Positions 26,427-32,000 of a stretch of DNA of 32,000 nt are shown here, in pieces. Position 1 is the stretch's first letter. Each line of letters begins with the position of its first letter. Source of the DNA: Candidatus Saccharimonadota bacterium (lineage in GTDB: Bacteria > Pseudomonadota > Gammaproteobacteria > Burkholderiales > Burkholderiaceae); contig NZ_OZ026462.1 of assembly GCF_964019745.1 (NCBI RefSeq), positions 210,001-242,000 on the forward strand, written 5' to 3'. The notes beneath the pieces were generated by a model. It did not search any database. It saw only the letters and a program-made list of their open reading frames with translations, and was not told where the DNA came from. Both the position numbers and the translations under genes were made by a program.

Positions 26427-26914
26427 ATTTAAAAATTATATTAATATATAAAATATATTATATAATTTTTAATTAATAATTAAATATTAATTTATAATTA
26501 TAAATTTAAAATTATTTAATGTTGCTATTGCAATATTTGATAAATATAAAAAATATTTTTATATATATATAAAAATATGTATTTTAATAAAAAATATATT
26601 AATTATATATATTTTAAAATTATATTTTTATATGTTAATTTTTAAATATTAATCATAATTATTTTTTATTATTTTATATTTATTTTAAAAAGTTTTTAAA
26701 TTTAATTTTTTTATATTTATTTAAAATAAAATTATTATAAATTTTATTTTTAATATTTATTAAATTAGTATTTAAATTAATAATAAATAAAATATTTTTT
26801 ATTTTTAAAAAATAAAATTTATTATGTTAAATAATAAATACATAATTTTTATAAATAGTATAAAATATATAAATATATATTTTTTTTATAATCATTTTAA
26901 TATTTATTAAATAT

Positions 26915-27871
26915 ATGATAAAAGCTTTTATACTTTGTAATGGAAATTTAAAAAAAAAAAATATTTTAAATGTTAATGATTTTGATAATATAACACCTAT
27001 ATGGATAGATTTAATAAATCCTTCTATAGAAGAAAAACAATGGATTAAAAAAATTTTTAATATTAAAATATTTTTAAAAAAAAAAAAAAAAAATATTTTT
27101 TATATAAAAAATTTAAAAAAAAATTATATTTATTTTTATAATAATTTTTTATTTGAAATTAAAAAAAAAAAATTTTTAACAACATTAGTAACTTTTATTT
27201 TATATAAAAAAATATTATTTACTATACGTACATATAATTTACCTATTTTTTCTTTAATTAAAAATAATATTAAAAATAATATTTATAATTATATTGATTG
27301 TAAAGATATTTTATTAAATTTATATAAATATCATGTTGAATATTTTATAGATATTATAAAATTAATTTATAAAAAATTAGAATTAATTGATTTTAATATT
27401 TTAAAAAAAATTTTTAATGACTATGATGCTAAATATGTATTTGATATAATTTTTTATATTGAAAATTTAAGTAATAAAATTTATAATAATATTATAGATA
27501 TAAAATACATAATAAATTTATTAATGAAAAATAATTTATTAAATTTAAAACAACAAATTATTTTTAATGAAATTTTATTCAATATAAAAATTATATCTCA
27601 ACATATTTCCTTTCTTTTAGAAAAGAAAAATTTTTTAATGGATACTGTTATAAATTTTATAAATATTAATCAAAATAAAGTTGTTAAATTTCTTACAATT
27701 ATATCAGTATTTTTTTTACCTTCTACATTAGTTGCTAGTATTTATGGTATGAATTTTAAATTTATACCAGGAATAAATTGGTTTTTTGGTTATTATTTTT
27801 CAGTTTTTTTAATGATTTTTACTACTTTAATTTTAATAATATATTTGTATAAATATAAATATTTAGAATAA
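26915..27871 (+). CDS. corA: Magnesium/cobalt transporter CorA
   Basis: The N-terminus MIKAFIL..PIWIDLINPS aligns with E. coli MLSAFQL..AVWIDLVEPD. The C-terminus is NFININQNKVVKFLTIISVFFLPSTLVASIYGMNFKFIPG (GMN motif) plus a second TM. It contains an A run of about 17 nt (27076-27092, K5). Confidence 0.88.
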   Translation: MIKAFILCNGNLKKKNILNVNDFDNITPIWIDLINPSIEEKQWIKKIFNIKIFLKKKKKNIFYIKNLKKNYIYFYNNFLFEIKKKKFLTTLVTFILYKKILFTIRTYNLPIFSLIKNNIKNNIYNYIDCKDILLNLYKYHVEYFIDIIKLIYKKLELIDFNILKKIFNDYDAKYVFDIIFYIENLSNKIYNNIIDIKYIINLLMKNNLLNLKQQIIFNEILFNIKIISQHISFLLEKKNFLMDTVINFININQNKVVKFLTIISVFFLPSTLVASIYGMNFKFIPGINWFFGYYFSVFLMIFTTLILIIYLYKYKYLE

Positions 27872-27875
27872 CATT

Positions 27876-28148
27876 TTAAATATTAAATATTTTTTTTTTG
27901 TAACTAATTGATAATTTTTTTTTATATCTTGCGGCTTTATTTTTATGAATTATTTTTTTTTTTGCTGTTTTATCTATAATAGAAAAAGTTTTTTTAAAAT
28001 TTATTAAAATTTCTTGAGAATTTTTTAAATTTAAAATTTTTAAAAATTTTTTTATTGAAGTTTTTAATATAGATTTTTTACTTAAATTATATAATCTTTT
28101 TTTTTTTGATTGTTTTATTCTTTTTTGTGATTGTTTTATATTTGTCAT
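27876..28148 (-). CDS. rpsT: 30S ribosomal protein S20
   Basis: MTNIKQSQKRIKQSKKKRLYNLSKKS aligns with E. coli [26 protein letters not shown]. 90 aa. Confidence 0.9.
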   Translation of the reverse strand: MTNIKQSQKRIKQSKKKRLYNLSKKSILKTSIKKFLKILNLKNSQEILINFKKTFSIIDKTAKKKIIHKNKAARYKKKLSISYKKKIFNI

Positions 28149-28192
28149 ATTATTTTATAATAAATTTATTAATAAAAATATTTATTTTTAAA

Positions 28193-29749
28193 ATGTATAA
28201 ATCTTTTTTTTTTGTACTTATTATAGTATTTTTAATACGTGTTATTAGTTTTTTAAGAGAAATTGTTTTCGCACACAATTTTGGGGTTTCTATTTATACT
28301 GATGCTTTTAATATATCTTTTAGAATATTAAATTTAGTTTGTAGAATATTTTCTGAAGATATTTTTTCACAAACTTTTATTCCTATAATAATAGAATATA
28401 AAAATAAAAGAAAATATTCTTTTTTAAAGATAAAAAAAATTATAAATGATGTTACTACTATTTTAATGTGGCTTTCATTTTTTGTTGTTATTTTATCAAC
28501 AATTTTTTCATTAACTATAGTTAAAATATTATTAATAAAAACTAAAAGTAATAAAAAAATTTTTTTTTTATCTTCTAATTTAATAAAAATAATGTTACCT
28601 TTTATTTATTGTTCTTCTTATATTGCTATTTCTAGATGTATTTTGAATATATATAACAATATTAAAATTTCAACAATTTCTTTAATAATTATAAATATTT
28701 TATTTATAATTAGTATATATGTTGTTACTCCTATTTTTAATTGCCCAATTTATGGTGTGGGATTTTCTATATTTTTTTCTGGAATTATACAAATTTTATT
28801 TCAAATACCGTTTTTAAGAAAAATTGGGATTTTACCTAAAATTTATTTTAATTTTTTTTCTAGTTTAAAAAATAAAAAAGCTACGTATATATTTAAAAAA
28901 GTATTAACACCTATAATATCTTATAGTATTTTACAATTAAATTTATTATTAAACATTAAAATTGCTTCTAAATTAAAAGAAGGAAGTGTTTCTTGGTTAT
29001 TTTATTCTGATCGTTTAATAGAGTTTCCTTTAGCACTTATTTGTGGTGTATTATATACAATAATATTACCTATACTTTCAAAAGTATTTTTTAAAAAAAA
29101 TAATTTTATATATTATACTTTTTTTGATTATACTTTACGTTTAGTATTTTTATTAATTTTTCCTTTACAAATATTTTTTTTTACTTTATCAGTTCCTATA
29201 ATTTCAACTTTATTTTTTTATAATAAGTTTGATATAAATTCTGTTTTTATGACAAGTAAAACATTAAATTTTTATAGTTTAGGTTTAACATCATTATTAA
29301 TAAATAAAGTTTTTTTAATTAATTTTTTTATTAATAAAGATAAAATAACTCCTATAAAATTTTCATTATTTATAATGATTGTTTCTCAAATATTAAATTA
29401 TTTTTTAGTTCCTTATTTAGGACATATTGGTTTTTCTTTATCAACTGCTATAACTAATATTTTAAGTAATTTATTTTTACTTTTTATTTTTAATTCTAAA
29501 AAAAAAAAATCCTTTGAAAAAGGATGGTTTACTTTTTTTTTAAAAATAATAATTGCTTTAATAATTATGTTAATTTTTGAAATTATTATTTCTAATTTTT
29601 TTAATTGGTTTAATGTTAAACATCCTTTAGAAAGAATAATGTTTTTAACATTTATTTTTATATCTTCAATTTTTGTTTATTTATTTTCATTATTTTTTTT
29701 AAATTTTAATTTTATTTTTTTTAAAAAAATTTTAAAATTTAAAAAATAA
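28193..29749 (+). CDS. murJ: Lipid II flippase MurJ (MviN family)
   Basis: From the ATG at 28193, MYKSFFFVLIIVFLIRVISFLREIVFAHNFGVSIYTDAFNISFRILNLVCRIFSEDIFSQTFIP aligns with the E. coli MurJ N-terminus (..[51 protein letters not shown]). It is about 518 aa and polytopic. The track start at 28106 would overlap rpsT and adds 29 non-homologous residues. Confidence 0.85.
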   Translation: MYKSFFFVLIIVFLIRVISFLREIVFAHNFGVSIYTDAFNISFRILNLVCRIFSEDIFSQTFIPIIIEYKNKRKYSFLKIKKIINDVTTILMWLSFFVVILSTIFSLTIVKILLIKTKSNKKIFFLSSNLIKIMLPFIYCSSYIAISRCILNIYNNIKISTISLIIINILFIISIYVVTPIFNCPIYGVGFSIFFSGIIQILFQIPFLRKIGILPKIYFNFFSSLKNKKATYIFKKVLTPIISYSILQLNLLLNIKIASKLKEGSVSWLFYSDRLIEFPLALICGVLYTIILPILSKVFFKKNNFIYYTFFDYTLRLVFLLIFPLQIFFFTLSVPIISTLFFYNKFDINSVFMTSKTLNFYSLGLTSLLINKVFLINFFINKDKITPIKFSLFIMIVSQILNYFLVPYLGHIGFSLSTAITNILSNLFLLFIFNSKKKKSFEKGWFTFFLKIIIALIIMLIFEIIISNFFNWFNVKHPLERIMFLTFIFISSIFVYLFSLFFLNFNFIFFKKILKFKK

Positions 29750-29754
29750 TAAAA

Positions 29755-30123
29755 TTATTTTTTTTTATTAGCAATTTTAATTAAATTAAGTATTCTATTA
29801 TTATAAAAAAAAGAATTATCATATATAAATTTTAATTTTGGTGTATTATATAAAGATAAATATTTACTTAATTTTTTTCTAAAATATTTAGAATTTTTAT
29901 TTAATATATTTGTTATATTTTTAATATTTTTTTTTTTTTTTATTATATTAAAAAAAATTTTAGCATTATTATTCCCAGCTTTTATTTCAACTTTTGTAAT
30001 TGTAATAAATTTTATATTTAAATAAATAATTTTTTTTGAAATAATTTTTGATAAATCTTTTTGTATTTGAAAAGCTATTTGTATATATCTTTCTTTTTTT
30101 TGATGTTTATTTTTTATTTTCAT
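29755..30123 (-). CDS. rbfA: Ribosome-binding factor A
   Basis: It occupies the conserved infB-rbfA position. The C-terminal NTPKLKFIYDNSFFYNNRILNLI aligns with E. coli [23 protein letters not shown]. Confidence 0.85.
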   Translation of the reverse strand: MKIKNKHQKKERYIQIAFQIQKDLSKIISKKIIYLNIKFITITKVEIKAGNNNAKIFFNIIKKKKNIKNITNILNKNSKYFRKKLSKYLSLYNTPKLKFIYDNSFFYNNRILNLIKIANKKK

Positions 30124-30149
30124 AAATTATAAGAATTATTTTTAATATT

Positions 30150-31934
30150 TTAAATTTTTATAATTTCTATTAAATCATTTATTTTAATATCTTTAAAATT
30201 TTTTAAAGAAATTCCACATTCAAAACCTTTTTTTACTATTTGAACATTTTTTTTAAATCTTTTTAAAGTTTCTATTTTACCAATAAAGATAGTTTTATTA
30301 TTTCTAGTTAATTTTATTAATGATTCTTTTTTTATTTCACCTTTTTTTACATAACATCCAGCAATAAAAAATTTTTTATTATTATTAAATATTTGTCTTA
30401 TTTCTACTATTCCTATTATTTTTTTTATTTTAAATTTTTCTTTTATTTTTAAAATTAAATTTTTAATTTCTTCTATTATTTCATAAATAATATTATATTG
30501 TTTAACATAAATATTATTTTTTTTTGCAAGTTTTTTAGCTTTTAAATTAATTTTTGTATTAAAACCTAAAATTTTAGATTTTGATATAATAGCTAAATTA
30601 ATATCATTTTCAGAAATTTCTCCTATAGCTGAATGTATTATATTTATATTTATTTCATCATTAGATAATTTTTTAATGTTTTGTATTAAAACTTCTTTAT
30701 GACTTTGTAAATTAGTTTTTAATATTAAAGAAATTTTTTTTTTTTTTGTATCTTCAAAATTTATTATTTTATTTTTTTTTTGTTTTAAAAAAAAATTTTT
30801 TTTTATTTTTTTTTTTGTTACATGGAAATTTTCTATAATATTTGGTATTTTTTTTAACCCATAAATTTCCACAGGTATTGATGGTTTAACTTTATCAAGT
30901 TTTTTAAAATTTTCATTTAAAATAGATTTTATTTTTCCATAAGTTGTATCAGTTAATATAAAATCTCCAATTTTTAATATACCTGATTTTACTAATATAG
31001 TTGCTATAGGTCCATTTCCTTTATCTAATTTAGAATTTATTATTACTCCTTTTGCTGGAGTAGAAATTGTGGTTTTTAATTCCATAATTTCTGCTTGTAA
31101 TAAAATATATTCTAATAATGTTTTTATTCCTTTTCCTGTTTTTATAGAAATTTTTATAAATGGAATATTTCCACCATATTTTTCAGGAATAATTTTTTCT
31201 CTAATTAATTCCTCATAAATTTTTTTTAAATTTATATCTATTTTATCTATTTTACTAATTGCAACAATTATTGGAATTTTTGTAGGCAATATTTGTGATA
31301 TTATTTCTCTAGTTTGAGGCATAACACCATCATCAGCGGCTACTAATAATACAATAATATCTGTAATTTTTATTCCCTTTGTTCTTATTGAAGAAAATGC
31401 TTCATGACCTGGAGTGTCTATAAATGTTATATTCTTTTTGTTAAATTTAATATGATAAGCACCTATGTTTTGAGTTATTCCTCCTATTTCAAAATTAGTA
31501 ATTTTAGTTTTACGTATATAATCTAAGAGTGAAGTTTTACCATGATTTACATGTCCCATTATAGTAACAATTGGAGCTCTTAATATAAAATTTTTTTTAT
31601 TTTTTTTAAAATTATTTTTTTTTTTTTTATTTTTAATATATTTTTCAGCTTTTAATCCTAATTTTTGAATTAAATTTATAGCAGTTTTTTGATCTAAAAT
31701 TTCGTTTTTAGTAATTATTTTTCCTGATTTTATTAAAAATTTTATTATTTTTGATGATGTTATTAAAGTTTTTTCAGCTATATCAGAAATTGATATATAT
31801 TTTGGAATATAAATAATTTTATTTTCTAATGAAATTAAATTTTTTTTATTTATTTTTTTTTTTTTAATTTTATTAAAATTTTTACTTTTTTTTAATTTTT
31901 TTTTTTTTAAAAATATTTTTTTTTTATTTTGCAT
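30150..31934 (-). CDS. infB: Translation initiation factor IF-2 with a short N-terminal region
   Basis: The G domain carries RAPIVTIMGHVNHGKTSLLD, DTPGHEAF and SKIDK. The C-terminal domains are collinear with IF2. It is 594 aa, with a poly-Lys N-terminus encoded by 13-14-nt T runs on the plus strand. Confidence 0.92.
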   Translation of the reverse strand: MQNKKKIFLKKKKLKKSKNFNKIKKKKINKKNLISLENKIIYIPKYISISDIAEKTLITSSKIIKFLIKSGKIITKNEILDQKTAINLIQKLGLKAEKYIKNKKKKNNFKKNKKNFILRAPIVTIMGHVNHGKTSLLDYIRKTKITNFEIGGITQNIGAYHIKFNKKNITFIDTPGHEAFSSIRTKGIKITDIIVLLVAADDGVMPQTREIISQILPTKIPIIVAISKIDKIDINLKKIYEELIREKIIPEKYGGNIPFIKISIKTGKGIKTLLEYILLQAEIMELKTTISTPAKGVIINSKLDKGNGPIATILVKSGILKIGDFILTDTTYGKIKSILNENFKKLDKVKPSIPVEIYGLKKIPNIIENFHVTKKKIKKNFFLKQKKNKIINFEDTKKKKISLILKTNLQSHKEVLIQNIKKLSNDEININIIHSAIGEISENDINLAIISKSKILGFNTKINLKAKKLAKKNNIYVKQYNIIYEIIEEIKNLILKIKEKFKIKKIIGIVEIRQIFNNNKKFFIAGCYVKKGEIKKESLIKLTRNNKTIFIGKIETLKRFKKNVQIVKKGFECGISLKNFKDIKINDLIEIIKI

Positions 31935-32000
31935 CTATTTATTTTTTATAAATTTATTTAATAATAATAATTATTATATAATAATATATATAAATATTAA

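Noticed and set aside
26427-26914. Chromosomal replication origin in the large A/T spacer.
   Set aside because: There are no DnaA-box-like 9-mers and no flanking dnaA, dnaN or gidA. A/T richness alone is uninformative in this genome. I kept it only as a low-certainty finding that needs skew analysis.
28106-28192. Upstream start for murJ given by the ORF track, overlapping rpsT by 43 nt.
   Set aside because: Homology to the MurJ N-terminus begins at the ATG at 28193. The upstream 29 codons are Ile/Phe/Leu filler read antisense through the 5' end of rpsT.
1-32000. Mobile elements, prophage, integrases, toxin-antitoxin, restriction-modification or other defence or novel multi-gene systems.
   Set aside because: Every ORF of 60 aa or more that is not an antisense shadow has a clear housekeeping identity. 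There are no unassigned ORFs, no inverted terminal repeats bracketing genes, and no compositional islands.

Overview
This window is a dense block of core housekeeping genes from an extremely A+T-rich, heavily reduced bacterial genome. My by-eye estimate is roughly 85% A+T overall, with intergenic DNA close to 100% A+T. Proteins are Lys/Ile/Asn/Phe-rich and spacers are short, which fits an obligate intracellular symbiont of proteobacterial type. Gene content and order (etfBA, rplM-rpsI-erpA, rpsT/murJ, E. coli-like CorA, ErpA and YajR) suggest a beta- or gammaproteobacterium, but I cannot name the organism. I support 32 protein genes, 4 tRNAs and one RNase P RNA. The protein genes are gdhA (partial), serS, frr, tsf, rpsB, map, a YajR-like MFS transporter, ssb, an OsmC-like protein, rplM, rpsI, erpA, rsmH, secA, smpB, clpP, sucD, sucC, htpG, gltX, metG, etfA, etfB, dnaQ, typA, corA, rpsT, murJ, rbfA and infB. 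The tRNAs are Leu-UAG, Ser-CGA, Leu-UAA and Glu-UUC. I see no mobile elements, CRISPR array, toxin or defence genes, or candidate novel multi-gene system. The points worth a second look concern genome-reduction architecture. rsmH abuts secA as if the whole dcw cluster had been excised, while murJ is kept. Two aminoacyl-tRNA synthetase genes are each followed by their cognate tRNA. The tRNA-Ser(CGA) is oversized. A perfect 8-bp x 11 tandem repeat lies upstream of rsmH. A coding hexamer microsatellite gives Frr an (Asn-Lys)n tail. Poly(A) tracts of 17-22 nt sit inside essential genes. A 488-bp spacer has almost no G or C. Every stop codon is TAA. All coordinates of RNA ends and homopolymer lengths were read by eye and may be off by 1-2 nt.
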